A DNA stretch of 64,000 nt from Octopus sinensis (GCF_006345805.1 NC_042998.1:148490001-148554000), one strand, 5' to 3'; shown: positions 41,578 to 55,785, counted from the first letter of the stretch. The notes: generated from the sequence alone by a model not told the origin. Numbers and translations are program-made.

Positions 41578-42860
41578 TATATCCACTTCTCTGAGAATCG
41601 AATCGAAAGGATGAATTTCGGTGGAAGAAATCGAATGAAGAAAATGCTGTTTAAATTGAACGAGGAAAATGTTTAAAAGATTATTGTTATTCATATATTT
41701 GTTTTGGTATAATTTTGAGCTAAAACTCTAAAAAAAGAAAAACAAATCCATGGTAAAAATCCGTGGCAAACATCAGTGATGGCTGTATAAAGGTAGAATA
41801 TTCCTATAATCCATTTCTTCCGTATGTTGTCCATTTATAGATTTCACTCGGAGGAAGAAATGGATCATAGGAATTCTATCTTTATACAGCCATCACTGAT
41901 TTTTACTGTGGATTTTTACCATGGGTTTATTCTACCTGTTTTAGCGTTTTATATATGAACTAGCAGCATAGCCCGGCGTTGCCCGGGTATGTAAGAGCCC
42001 CTAGTAGGCAACGACTAATCCCAATCTAGTCCTTTCCCTCTAGGGAACGAAGGCGCATGTGTAGGTTGCAATGTCTTCTCTTCACTCCCAAAGAACTATC
42101 AAACAGCTATCGATAATTCGACCCAACCAATTCCTACCAGGAAGAAATTACATTCGAGATTTTACCCCCAACACCGCCACTTCTGCTAATAGCTGCTGCA
42201 GCCGCAAGTTATTCGAATACTTTTTTTGTTTACACTTTCTTTATAACTACCACCCCAAACGTTTTACCTTAAATTTTTGACGTACCCTAAGGGTCCTCGG
42301 ACGCCACTTGCAAACTCTTGGTTTATTATAAACCGCTTTTGTCGTGTGCATCAATAAAACCTTTTCCATTCGTTTGTTCAGTTTGGTCACTTTTGACTTT
42401 TTCGTTGTTGTCACTCACATTGCTGCCCGCTTTTTTGCCGTTTTTATACATTTTGGGATACTTACCCCACGTGCTCAGAGAGTTAAAAAGGTCGAGTTGC
42501 GTCCCCTAGACAGTCTGTAGAAAATGTGTTGCATATAAAAAGCTTAGATTCTCGACCCATGTCGAATTTATCGATTTTTTTTCAGAACTGGGGGAACTTT
42601 TCAAAATTTTCGCTGCGTTAGTTTTGAATTATGACATTGGGCTATGTGTGTGTCAAGTTTCATCAGAATCGGTTGAAAGCCGTGGTCAGGGTGAGGGTAC
42701 AACCTGACAGACACACAGACAGACAAACTGCCGTTTATATATAGAGAGATACCAATAACTTTTTTAATAACATTTTCCTCATTCGATTTAAGCAACATAT
42801 TCTTCATTCGATTTCTTCCACCGAAATTCATCCTTTCGACTCGATTCTCTGATGAGTGTA
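41578..42860. mobile_element. Palindromic MITE-like element hosting the Helitron
   Basis: Outer inverted arms 41578-41690 / 42751-42860; inner inverted arms ~41746-41820 / ~41851-41925. Confidence 0.75.
41960..42749 (-). mobile_element. Non-autonomous Helitron
   Basis: Minus strand 5'-TC...CTAG-3', inserted between A and T with no TSD. GC hairpin CCCGG-gcaacg-CCGGG lies about 10 nt before the CTAG end. Confidence 0.88.
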
Positions 42861-42870
42861 TATATATATC

Positions 42871-42908
<38 letters not shown>

Positions 42909-43020
42909 ATATTATATATATATATTTCAACAATTGAGGGTAAAATTAATTAATTAATTAATTTCACCAAGTATTCAGTATGCAAAGGGACCATTTAAGG
43001 CAAATTCAAATTATTACATT

Positions 43021-43281
43021 ATATAAAAGGGCTTAGTAAAATAAATTACTTTGCCGCATACTGAACTCGTTAGAAATAGCAGCTAAAAAAACTATTTCTA
43101 ACACTTAAAGAAAACCTCTCTCATATAGTGTTTGCTCAATTCAACTCAAGAATTTCTTGAGTTGAATTGAGCAAACACTATATGAGAGAGGTTCTTTAAG
43201 TGTTAGAAATAGTTTTTTAGCTGCTATTTCTACGAGTTCAGTATGCGGCAAAGTAATTTATTTTACTAAGCCCTTTTATAT
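43021..43281. repeat. ~260-bp near-perfect palindrome
   Basis: Centre CAACTCAAGAA-T-TTCTTGAGTTG; arms of about 130 bp, homologous to 12400-12530. Confidence 0.9.
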
Positions 43282-43291
43282 ATATATATAG

Positions 43292-43323
<32 letters not shown>

Positions 43324-43499
43324 TATATATATTATATATATATATATGTATGTATGTATGTATGAATGTATGTATGTATGTAATGTATGTATGTATGCAT
43401 GTATGTATGCATGTATGTATGTATATATGGCCGAAACAAACTTAGATTTGTTCTGGCCATCCTCGGCTCAGGCCATAACTAACTTAACACCACCACTAG

Positions 43500-43935
43500 G
43501 AGAGGTCTCATAAGTCATGCTTCACATCATGGACTACTCGAGCAAAGACTTGTTTTTAGCTGCGATGTATCTAGGTGTTGATGGTTTATCTGATACTGCT
43601 TGGAGTAATTTGTCCAGGTAGCATTGGAATGTTATAGGGTCTTTTTCTACTTTAATTTCTTTTGGGATAACGTTGAATAAAGCTGAATTATTTGAGGTAA
43701 ATAAAAAGTTGTGTCGCAGTGTTCCTATGTGATGTGAACTCAACTTTTGTAGAGCGTGTATGGCACGGGGAGCTAACCATGGGTGACTCGTAAATGCGAT
43801 ACCAACATAGTTTGGATAATATTGGTAGAATATTTTCCACATTGTACAAATGATGTAGCATTCACAGCGGCGTTGAAGAGAAAAGCAGTTTCAGCTGTTT
43901 GAGGCGAGCCCAGTTATCAAGGCCTGTATATGTAT
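43500..43935 (-). mobile_element. CR1-like LINE 3' remnant
   Basis: WARLKQLKL..., then ORF 43534-43842 (ALFNVIPKEIK...LDKLLQAVSDKP), typical of a CR1-like C-terminus. Bounded by a (CA)n tract. Confidence 0.7.
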
Positions 43936-43966
43936 ATTGTGAATACACAGACACACACAAACACAC

Positions 43967-44016
<50 letters not shown>

Positions 44017-44249
44017 AAACAACACACACACACACACGCGCGCAAACACACACACACACATTTAAACATTCAGCTAGAAGATCTTCCGGCCCAGTCTTTG
44101 GTTTTTTCCACTCAGCGTACTTTCTATCTCCTCTTACCAATTTCCTATTGTCTATTACCTCTAAATGTAGGATATGGGATTCTGGACACTGGTAACATGA
44201 TTAAAATACTGCAGATATCTTTTCCTGACAGTTGCCAAACATTCTTTTC

Positions 44250-44530
44250 CTTTTCCGATTTCTTCAAGTAGTTACTCATTTGTTTAATAGTAGTGAATCC
44301 ATCTGATCCTCCCAATTTCATTGTTTTAAACGCTTTGAGTTTGCCAGTGTCGTTTGCTCTTAAAGTCCAGCTTCAACATCTATACAGTGCACCAGGCCAA
44401 ACTAATGTCTAAAGAAGTTTCACTTTGGTGTTCTTGTTAGGATTTCTCCCTTTCTAGATTGTATTGAATGACCTCCGTCTCCTGATTATTCTATGATAGC
44501 ACCCAAATATTTGAACTAGGTGAACTGCTG
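44250..44530 (-). mobile_element. RTE-like LINE fragment
   Basis: Minus strand: FKYLGAII and TKVKLL*TLVWPGALYRC*SWTLRAND, resembling the RTE post-RT region. Confidence 0.55.
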
Positions 44531-45024
44531 AATTAGAACATAATTGTATATAATTACTTAATCATGTAACGATCTCTACGGAATGCTGCTAAATTGTTTA
44601 GAGGTTAAATTCTCTGTAATCTGGTTTCGATTTCTGATTTGAATCATTGAACTTCTTTTCTATCTCTAACCATTGGAAATGCATTGACTTCACAGCATAC
44701 ACTTCATCGTCCTACACATTTCCGGATTTGTGTATCGTGTGGGAGGTTATGGGAAGCCATTGTTATATATACATGTACAAAGACACTTCGATACAGCAAC
44801 AGTTACAAATGGAATAAGTAATGCAACATATTGTTAGAACTTATAATGTTTATAATGTGTTTATTCAAAGGAAAATTCGAGCGCAAAGTAGTTGTTAAAT
44901 CTATTTCAAATCATACCCTTCTGTCTGATATCAAGTTGAGACACATCAAATGATATTACCTTACATACCTTTAATGAAATGAGTTATGGCATAGAATACT
45001 TTTGATCATAGGTTGACCTAGGCC

Positions 45025-45251
45025 TAATATACTGTTTCTACAAGTTGACAGAAGGCCTGCAATTCTGAGTGGAGGGAACATGTCGATTACATCGCCCTCA
45101 CCAAATGTCCGGTATCTTATTTCATCTTTCCCGATAGCATGAAAGGCAAAGTTAATCTGGGTAGAATTTGAACTCATAAGATAAAGAGCCGGAAGAAATG
45201 CCACTTAGTATTTTGTCCGACGCATTAATGATTCTGTCAGTTCATCACCTT
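45025..45251 (-). mobile_element. SINE family A copy (diverged)
   Basis: Head and central-domain match. Confidence 0.8.
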
Positions 45252-46754
45252 GGGCTAAATGATAACAATGAAAACTAAGTGTGGAATAAAATTTTTACAA
45301 GGCAGAATCAAGCAACCGTTTTGAAGAACATCATGGAATTTCCAGTCTCAACATATCACAATTAAAAATGATGACCCGAAAGACTTGTGCTCATTGATAT
45401 AGATGAAACAATGTGTGAGAGCTCCGAAGATGAAGGGTAAGGTCTTGATGGACATAGGTGAAGTTTCGCATTGACACATTTGCAATTTTCTTATAATATA
45501 TTGTAACCTGAGAGAGAAATTTCTTTATAATATCGACGGTATAATGTATGGCTACGTCGAAATTATTTTAGTTGGTAGAGGAATTAGGAAATTGGCTGTT
45601 TCAGAGATATTTTTAATCTTTAGAAATGGTGATGGCTGTATAAACTTGATGCAATAAAGAATTTTCTCGATATAATGAGAGATTAACATGTTTTCGTAAA
45701 ACATTCAGGTATGAAGGAGTTTTTAAAAAAAATTTATTACTATGGGGAAACTATTTTTCGTTTTTCCTGAAAATTTCTCAAAATATATTTAAATTAAATT
45801 GTATGTTCGCTTTTTTAAAAAGAAGACGGAAAGGAAAAAAGTTTTTTTCTTTTTACAGCACCACACATTTGTAGGGGATAGGGAAAGGGATTTAGTGATG
45901 TTAATGACTTTCTCAAAGCCATCAGTGATTTAAGAGAAGTATGAGTCTCAATCATGGAATCCAATCCATCTATAGCGTTTTCCAGGACGAGAACGTATTA
46001 GATATTTAAGAGAGATCCAATAGCGATAGTGGCAGAATAATTCATCTCGAAGTTGGTAAATTGCAGAAGATATTTAATGGCATCATTACACGGGGAATGC
46101 AGGAATAATGGAAAGAATATTTCTATCATTAAAAACAATCAATACTACAAGAGTGTAGACTGAAGCATAAGGCTTTCTATCTATACACATACAGTGTTCT
46201 CTATTTAATTCAATATATTCGGCTTCATTTAACCAAATATAACCTATTCACTTATACTAGTCTTCTTCAGCGAACCATCGTCTGGTGTCGTTAGTTACAA
46301 GGCAATCGCCGCCATTTTTCGATCATCAACTTATACTTTAAATAATCTAAGCTAAAAGTGGAAAATTCCGACAGTTTTAAAACTGAATAGATATTAGAAT
46401 CCAGTCAATTTTCTAACTTAGAAAACTTACAACAGTCTCGTAAATCCTGTTAGAAGTCTGTGTAGTTGAAATGTTCATCTAATCTCGTTGTGCTTTTGAA
46501 TTTATTTTTCAAACAAATGTATGGAATCTCATCAATCGTTGCAGGAAAAGACTAAAACTGAAACTAAAACAAAAGAAAAATATTATGGCAAAATCTCTGT
46601 GTGAAACCATCTCAGCTTCCATTGAACAACATCAAGATGTCTATAATCAATGAACAATATTTAGGTGGTGATATTTCACAGAAAATCAACTTGTACTGAG
46701 TTTATTGTATGATATTCTTGTTAATGTGACACCGAATCAATATTCATACCATGT

Positions 46755-46935
46755 AAGGCGGCAAACTGGCAGAATCGTTAGCACACTGAGCAAAATATTT
46801 AGCGGCATTTCGTCTGTCTTTACGTTCTGAGTTCAAATTCCGCCAAGGTCGACTTTGCCTGTCATTCTTTCGGGGTCGATTAAATAAAAACCAGCCCACA
46901 GGAATTTCTAGCCTTGTGCCAAAATTTGAAATTAA
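46755..46935 (+). mobile_element. SINE family A copy
   Basis: AAGGCGGCAAACTGGCAGAATCG...GAGTTCAAATTCCGCC...TTTCGGGGTCGAT. Confidence 0.88.
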
Positions 46936-47405
46936 TATTTATGCCCTGTATCTTTATTGTTTTAGTTCGAATCATGCTAATGTCGATTTTACACTTTATT
47001 ATTTCTAGGTCAATAAACTATGAATCAGTCAAGTACTTGAGTTAGTAGGCTTAATTTCCCGCTACACACAAACAACTGTGTTCTGTGTCTATGCTAAAAA
47101 TCATCAAAATTAAAAGTGAGCATGCAGCACTTCATCCCCCGCAGACTGGTGATATCAAAATAGTCCATGTCCGATTTGATCGGTCCTAGGCTAGCGTCTA
47201 TAGTTGAAACACGGCAAAAAAAAAATAATGATAATCCCAGGCAGAAAGATAGAGAAAAAGACTGAGGTGTTTTAGAGTGAAACAGCCTAATTAACGATGA
47301 GAGGAAAAGTAAGTGCAGCGGATGTACTTGAGAGTAAATGAGACACAACTTGATATTTCAAAGGAATTGAACATTATTATTATCATTATTATTATTATTA
47401 TTATT

Positions 47406-50400
47406 CAGTAGTTTTATTTTTTATTTTTATAGCGTGCTTTCACTTCACTACCGAGCGCAGCTCTGTGTGCCTTGGGTATGTGCTGTGATTTGTTGTGATG
47501 CTCTGATGGTTATTGTATGGAAAGTGTTCTGCGTAGGATGTGTGCAGTGCCTAGTAGTGCAATTTTCTGTAGATGATATGTGTTTGTAAGTCCTGGTGTT
47601 TGTTATGTATTTGTCTGAATATTTTTTTATCATGCCTAATGCACCTACTATGATAGGAATTGTTTCTGTTTTCAGATTCCACATTCTAGTTACCTCTATT
47701 TCCAGGTCTTTGTATTTTGAGAGTTTCTCCATTTCTTTTAGAGACACGTTGTCATCTGCCGGACTGGGTATACATCAATTAGAAAGCATTTTTTTTCTTC
47801 ATGGTCTCTGACAACTATATCTGGTCTGTTGGCCTTAATTTCTCTATCTGTGTGTATCGGCATATCCCAGAGTATGGTTGCTTTCTCGTTTTCTGTGACC
47901 TTTTCTGGTGTGTGCCTATACCATCTTTTTTCTGTTGTTATTCCATAATGTTGGCATAGCTTCCAATGTATGTAAGTTCCAACTCTGTCATGTCTGTGAA
48001 TATATTCCTTCTTAGCCAGGACTGGGCAGCTAGAGATATATGATTTATTGTTTCTTGTCCATCTCCACATATTCTGCAGTTACTTGTAATATTTCTTTTC
48101 ATTACATGTTTTTGGTAATTTCTGGTGGGGAGGCTTTGGTCTTGTGCTGCAATTAAAATCCCTCTGTTTCTGCTTTGAGTCCTGAGCTTCTCAACCATTG
48201 CTGGGATTTTTCTTTGTCTATTTCTTTTGCGTTTAGTTTAGTCCAGTATTTACCATGAAGGGGCTTTTCTTGCCATCGTTTTATCATGGTTCGTTGCTGT
48301 TCTATTTTTTAGTTTGGATTTCATTTTTTTATAGCTTTTGTTGTTTTTCATATTCTCTTCTTCTTCTTCTCATGTTTATTAGGTAGTATGATTTCTTGTT
48401 GTATTTGTCAGCTTCCTTAAATACTGAGAACAGTTTTTTGTTTTGCTCGTGTTTTGCCGCTATCTGGATCAGTTTTCCTTCCTTCTGAAGTAGATATTTT
48501 TGCAGTCCTATGGTGGTTATTTTATAGTAGTTTTCCAGCTGTATAAGGCCTCTACCACCTTCTATACGTTGTATATATAGTCTTTCTATGTCAGATTTTG
48601 GGTGATGCATCCTAGATCCTGTCATTATTTTTCTTGTTTTCCTGTCTATTTTGGTCAGTTCATTTCTTGTCTAGTTAAGGATATTGTAGCTGTAACTTAT
48701 AACTGGGACAGCTAAAGTGTTGATACCTATTTCTTGTTTTTAGCATTCAGCTCTGTGTTTAGTATTGATCTAACTCGTCTATAATATTCTTTTTTTTATT
48801 TTCTCTTTCATTGTGTGTGTTGTGTCTTATCTAGTTCATGGATTCCTAAGTATTTGTAAGTTTGGCTTTGGTCTAATTCTTTTATTTCATTTGCTTCATC
48901 TAGTGTGATGTTGTTACTCTTAACTAGTTTTCCTCTTTTCATGGTTACTTTGGCGCATTTTTCTAATCCAAATTTCATATCTATTTCTTTGGTAAATCCA
49001 TGAACTGTCTTTAATAGTGTTTCCAGCTGTTTGTCATTTGCAGCGTATAGTTTTAGGTCATCCATATATAAAAGGTGGCTGATCGTTTTGCCGTAACATT
49101 TATATCCGCATCCAGTTCTATTTAGCATATCAGATAGAGGTGACAGTGCCAAGCAGAAAAGGAGTGGAGAGAGCGTATCTCCCTGGAATATTCCTCTTCT
49201 AATGGGGATGTCTTGGTTTTCATGAGTCCCCTTTTGTTTGGAGGTGTAGGACTGTTTGCCATTTATTCATAGAGTGCTCTATGAATTTTATGATTGTTGG
49301 TGCTACTTTGTTAATGGCTAGTGTTTCGAGGATCCATGTGTGGGGGATGCTATCAAACGCCTTTTTGTAGTCAATCCAGGCCATACTGAGCCTTTCTTCT
49401 TTCTGTGGCTGTCTTCAGTTATGGCTTTATTAATCATTAGTTGATCTTTACAGCCATATGAGCCTTTGCGGCATCCTTTCTGCTCTTCTGGGACAGTTTG
49501 TATTCGTCCAGGTGCTTGTTCAGCCTTTGTGATATCACTGCAGTAAATGCCTTGAACATAGTAGGGAGGCAGGTTATTGTCTGTAGTTTTCTGGTTTTTC
49601 TGATTCATTTGAGTTGGGAATTAAGATGGTTTTCCCCTTCGTGAGCCATTCAGGCATTGTCTCTGGCTCTGCTAGTACGTTGTTAAAGTTTTCAGCCAGC
49701 TTTTGTGCATTCCTGTTAGATATTTCAACCAGAAGTTGGGGATCTTGTCATGCCCAGGTGCCTTCCAGTTGCTTAGTCTTTGCAGTGCCTGGGTGACCTC
49801 TTCAGTTGTTATGGGGGTCCAAGTTTGTTCAGATGCCGAGTTTGTTATTTTGATACTCCTTTTTTTTTGGTTCGTTCGTGCCGACCATATTTCTCCCCAG
49901 ATTCTTCCAATTCTTCTGCCGTTGGTGCTGCAGTGACTTCTATTTTATTTTTGCCCAGTTCTTGGTAGAACTTTTTGGGGTCGGAGTTGAACTTTTTGTT
50001 CTGTTCAAAGAAGCGTTGGCGTTTCTCGTACCGGCGGATCCTTTGAGCTTTGGCAAGGATATCTTGCTTCAGCTCTTCTTTTATCTCCGGCAAATCTTTT
50101 TCTGTGGTGTTATGTTTGCGGAGCATTTTTGTTCTCTTTTTGTTGCTCAGTAGCGTTGCTTGTTTGCTGATTTCATTAAGAATCGACAGGTCTTTTCTAA
50201 TTTTTTTTATTTTGTTTTGGATGTTATTTATCCACAGGGTTTATTTTGTTTTGGATGTTATTTATCCACAGGGTTTGTTTGGGTGGTGGTACTCCTGTTT
50301 GGGCGGGTTTGGGTGAGTATCCAGCTTCTTTTGTGGCTGCAGTGGCTGCTGCGTATATCAAGTCATTTAGTTCAGTGATATCACTTTTTTTTGTTTCAGT

Positions 50401-50716
50401 GGCTAGTTCAGTGACGGCTAGGTTTATGTTGTTTATAATTGGTGTTGTTATTGCGTTTATTTTTATTCTTGGGAGGTATGGTCGGTGGTCCATTTGAGCT
50501 CTGTGGTTTTTAGTTCTTTGATTTTTTATTTTTTATATTATCATAATCATTAGGCTCCCCGTTGTTTACATTGTGTTGTTGGGAATGTTGCGTTTGTCTT
50601 CGTGTTTTACAGTTTCAGTGTTTATATTATTGGCATTGTTGTGTGGCTTCTATCTACATTTCCTGGTGTTGTTTTTCTTTTAGGTGTTCTATTTCTTTTC
50701 TGATATTTCTGATATT
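47406..50716 (-). mobile_element. R4/Dong-type RLE non-LTR retrotransposon, 5'-truncated and frameshifted
   Basis: RT motifs RGIFQGDTLS and HLLYMDDLKLY; CCHC CRICGDGQETINHI...CPVLAKKEYIHRHD; RLE motifs ANRPDIVV..FLIDV and EKLSKYKDL. (TTA)n arrays lie directly at both ends. Confidence 0.93.
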
Positions 50717-50782
50717 TTATTATTATTATTTTTTATTATTATTATTATTATTATTAGTTAGTATTATTAGTATTATTAGTAT

Positions 50783-50822
<40 letters not shown>

Positions 50823-51271
50823 TGTAGTGGTAGTAGCAGTAGTTGTAGTAGTAGCACCAGCAGGAGGAGTGGCTATCGTAGTAGTGGAAGTGGTAATAGC
50901 AGAAGAAACAGGCTGTAGTTTCTTCGTCAGCCAAGCTGATATAGTTTTTGATTTATCTAGCTTGTGCATGTAGCAGCGGAATTGGAGTCAGTAATTGATC
51001 CTAGCTTAAATTTTTGAAACTCATGTAGTATTTCCTAGCAGTGAATCGACTGGATGTTGTTACTTAACTGGGGATCAGCTGTGAACAAGCCGAGTTACAA
51101 TCAAAGGTGTTTCAGTACTACCCATCACATCTTATTTAAGACGTCTTGTATCAAGGATTATATTATCTGATGTAACATCATTTAAGACAGTTGGATTTAA
51201 ATTTAAGTGACAATTTGGGTGCTATTTCTAGCAGATCGAAGACATGACCGACCACTAAGTGAAGTAAGACT

Positions 51272-51365
51272 CAAGACGAGTGTCTTCTGCTGTAGCCTCA
51301 GGTCGACCAAAGCCTTGGGAGTGGATTTCGTAGACGGAAATTGAAAGAAGACTGTCGTATGTATA

Positions 51366-51411
<46 letters not shown>

Positions 51412-51446
51412 TGTGTGTGTGTGTGTGTGTTGGTGTGTGTGTGTGT

Positions 51447-51492
<46 letters not shown>

Positions 51493-51672
51493 GTGTGTCT
51501 GCGTGTCCGTGTGTCTGTGTTTGACTACCACCGGGGCAAAAGAAATCAATAGACTAAGTACCAGGCTTTAAAGAGAACAAAACAAAACAGTACTGGGTTC
51601 GATTCGTTCGACTAAACTTCTTCAAGGTGGTGTCCCAGCATGACCGTAATTTAATGACTGAAACAAGCAAAA
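51272..51672 (+). mobile_element. SINE family B copy lacking the head, with an expanded internal (TA)/(TG)n
   Basis: GTGTCTTCTGCTGTAGCC...GTAGACGGAAATTGAAAGAAG...CCCAGCATG...GACTGAAACAAG. Confidence 0.82.
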
Positions 51673-51689
51673 GATTAAATTATTTTAAC

Positions 51690-51979
51690 TGCTCTTAGCC
51701 TCTCCACCATTCCCTCTAACGTGCATCTTAAACTGGCAAAGAAGAAATATTTCCTTCTTGAGCCATGCTCGTAAGGGCCGATTTCTGTGGTGTATATATT
51801 CCCCACCTGGATGAGACGCCGATCCGTCACAGAATTACTCATTTTTGCCAGCTGAGTGGACTGAAGCAACCAGAAATGAAGCGTTTTGCTTAAGAACACG
51901 ACGCACTACCCGGTCCAGGAATCGAAACCACAATCTTATGATCATGAGTCCAACACCTTAATCACTAAGCCACGTGCCT
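51690..51979 (-). mobile_element. SINE family C (tRNA head, CORE-like middle)
   Basis: Minus strand GGAGGCACGTGGCTTAGTGATTAAGG...GGTTTCGATTCC...CAGTCCACTCAGCTGGCAAAAATGAGT. Confidence 0.82.
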
Positions 51980-52614
51980 CCAAATAAATTGGAAAGCAAT
52001 GTTTCAATTATTAGGGTTATCTATTTATTGGAAATGTCAGACCAGTCATTGGAAGGAAATAATTCATTGAGGTCGTGTGTTTTGTCTTTGGTAATAATTG
52101 CCGGGCTCAGACAGGATAGAAGTGCTGTGTCGGTGATCGGTTGTTTAGAATATACATCTGTGTAAGGAATAGGGAGACAAAAGGGAAGAAAGAAAAACGA
52201 GGAAACATTGAGAAAAATCATGCATTTCTAGCAGTATCCAGGGTAAGGGTGGAAACAAGTTATTGACGATCATGTACTGGATGACCTTTGAATTTAAACT
52301 GAAGGTTGATGATATATTTGTTAGATTCAAAGTGGGCGTTCATACCTCGTATTTCAGATGTATTTCAGTGAAATGTCGGAATGATGAGTGTTATAGGTGA
52401 CTCGCGTTCATATCAATGTATTTCTTGTTAGGTTAGGTACCCTTTTGGCTGTTAGATAAATTAAATACTAGACGATGAATCAAAATTAAATTAATTATGT
52501 GGGTATGCACATGTAGTTGTTTTGTAGTAAATATGTATAGCCGTTTGTGTGTATGTGTGTGTGAGAGTACTTACATAGATAGATACATACATATATACAT
52601 ATCTATATATATAC

Positions 52615-52733
<119 letters not shown>

Positions 52734-55058
52734 CATACATACACACACACATATATACATACATATGCATAAGTTTGTACGTATTCGGATGAGGCCACAA
52801 TGCGCTAAGAATTTTAAGAGTGGTAAGCAGGTTGCAAATTGTGCAATTAGTTCTCCATATTGAATATATGCATTCAAAAGAGATTTCGAAATGTTAAAGG
52901 TTGTGCTTGGTATGCGTTTGCCTCACTGTAATCTTATTTGTTTACCTTGTCAAAATTATACGTCGTAAAAATATTTATAGAATGAAATACTGTTAAAGAA
53001 TTATAGATTTATGGGATTACAGAGAATCAATAATTAATATTTAAAAATTATTTGATGTTATAATGCTTCATTGTTCATAAGGTTATGTGGTAGGAAACAT
53101 ATGAATAGACTTAAAACACTTTTGTTAAAATTACAAATAAAATAACATTGTGTAGCACGATTTTTGTCCTTGGGTAGCTTATCCCTAGAAAATATGAAAA
53201 ATGGCTAATATTTGCTTCAAATTTTTGCTTATGTTATATTTATTCAAACCCCAAAGAATCCCTTTCAATACGTTACTATGATGCTCTCCCATTACTCCTG
53301 CTAATGATCAGAAATGCATGTATTGTCAATCACTAAGGAACATGCAACTCTGTAGTATTGAACAGAATATTTGCTATAACGATATTTCTAAAATTTACCC
53401 ATTTCAATTTCAAAACATTGATGTCCAGGTCACAAAAGCAAAATTTCAAGGGAATAGTAGTAATTTCCTTTGATTTCCAGATAGAAGCAAATAGGAAATA
53501 ACATTTACTGACTAAAGACAATAAATACATAATTAAAATTAAGATTTTGTTACTCACTGTAATTGATTATAGAAATCTGTATGATTGCAAAGATTATGAA
53601 TTCATTAAACATATGAAATCGCTAGTGTGCCTGAAAGAGTTAGACATATGGTAGAAAATCAAAGTTCGATTTATAAGTTAGATTTAAGAAAAAAATTAAA
53701 AATCTGTGTGTGTGTGTGCGTGTGTTTACCAGTGTTAAGTAAAAGACTAAAAACTATACAAAAAGTAAATGAAAATTCCTCAAGAAAAGAAGGCGGAAAC
53801 AAATTCTCGGTTGTTCTGGAAAAAAAAATATTAAAATCAAAGAGATAGATAATTCTGAAAAATCATGGAGATAAATAGTTACTAAGTAAATATTTAAAGG
53901 AGCATCGACAGAAAAAAGTGCTAACACCTTTGCATGTAAGTGCTAACACCTTTGCATGTAAGTGTTGAAACCAAATGAAAATAACTCACGGTTTAGAACG
54001 CAACTTCGAGTGAAATGATTTGTGTTTATAGAAATACATGCACTTGTAAAAACGGGTTTTAAATTGGTTCGCATGCAATCCAGTTTATGATTTAAGCATT
54101 CTGCTAATCTTTAACTACACCTTAGCATGATGTACCAAAGCTTTCTAAATGTGATTATCATTGAAAAAGAGTAAGTTTTTGAGCAACAATAGGTACGAGA
54201 AAAGTCAAAATTATTGATGTTGAAGACTATATTTTTGAAAGCATTAAGCAAGATTTTTACAGTTATATTTTCAAGCATTCTGCTACAGATCTTATGATGT
54301 TTATGGTTTAACCGAAAATGAAAGCAAATAAAATTTAGAACGTTTCTGGCAATATTTGTTCTTTAATTTAAACTGAAGATTGGATTATTTTACAAATTAT
54401 TTCTTGGTCTTTTCTTACGCATTGGGACAATGGGGTGGATAACATATTATATCTAATTTAAAAATATAATACAAATAACTACATTATAATAATGAGTAGC
54501 GCTTAGAAACTTGTTTTCATCAAAAGTTAAGGAAGTTACGCTAACGAATATTAGTGTTTGTTTCTGGAATTCTTGTATACGTAAAAATATTTTCTATTGT
54601 GTTTATGGAGCGATCTGAAATTCATTCGTATCAACTAACTAACTGACATTAATAATTAATGTCAACTATAAATATTAAACTAATTTTACTAATTAATTTT
54701 ATATCTTTTCTAAGCCTACCTGATTCCTGATCGTTCATGGTCCGTGCGCGACTAACACCCGTCATCTCTATAAAGACCGCTTAAAGTAGGAAATTTTGAA
54801 CGGGCCTAGAATTAGAATGGTTTATTTGTCGACCGACCCCACAGTATAAATACGGATCTTTGCATTTTAAACTCTGTTTAAGTAAGTTGTTAACTTACAT
54901 ACATTAAATATGTACATTTATACTTTTGCGATGAAAGAGGCCGAAAGATCAATAAACATGCTTCGTCGCTTGATGAGATAATATCAACTCTTGTATTCTG
55001 AGACGGAGTACAGCAGCACACAACCGTTTATCTTAAATGTAACCAAAACATATATAAC

Positions 55059-55431
55059 TTTTACACTTTTACACTTTTACTTGTTTCAGTCATTTGACTG
55101 TGGCCATGCTGGAGCACCGCTTTAGTTGTACTCTGTACTCTGTAAGCCTAGTACTTATTCTATCGCTCTCTTTTGCCGAACCGCTAAACACAACAGCATC
55201 GGTTGTCAAGCGATATTGGGGGACAAACACAGACACACAAACATATACATATATGTACACATATATACGACGGGCTTCTTTCAGTTTCCGTCTACCAAAT
55301 CCACTCACAAGGCTTTTGTCGGCCCGAGGCTATAGTAGAAGACACTTGCCCAAGGTGCCACGCAGTGGGACTGAGCCCGGGACCATGTGGTTGGTAAGCA
55401 AGCTACTTACCACACAGCCACTCCTACGCCT
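55059..55431 (-). mobile_element. SINE family B copy
   Basis: Near full-length match to 16674-17070; tail ends in tandem GTAAAAGT-like repeats. Confidence 0.92.
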
Positions 55432-55599
55432 ATATATATATATATGATGCATACATACATCGAGGAATTAGGTTTCTCAAAACCAGAATAGAGAAAGCTA
55501 ATTCGAAGACTACAGATCCACTCCATTAAAGGAACTGTAAAAATCTGTAAAACTTCCCATAGGTTTAGTATTTAAATATATATGAGCATGTCTATATAT

Positions 55600-55785
55600 G
55601 TAACTATATGCATGAGAATACATACATAAAACAAAACATACAAATCTGCACATATACATACATGCGTACATGCATGCATACATACATACATACACGCACA
55701 TATAGGTATATATAAAAAGAAATATATATATGTTATATACATATATGTATATATGTATTGATATACATATATATACAAACATATA

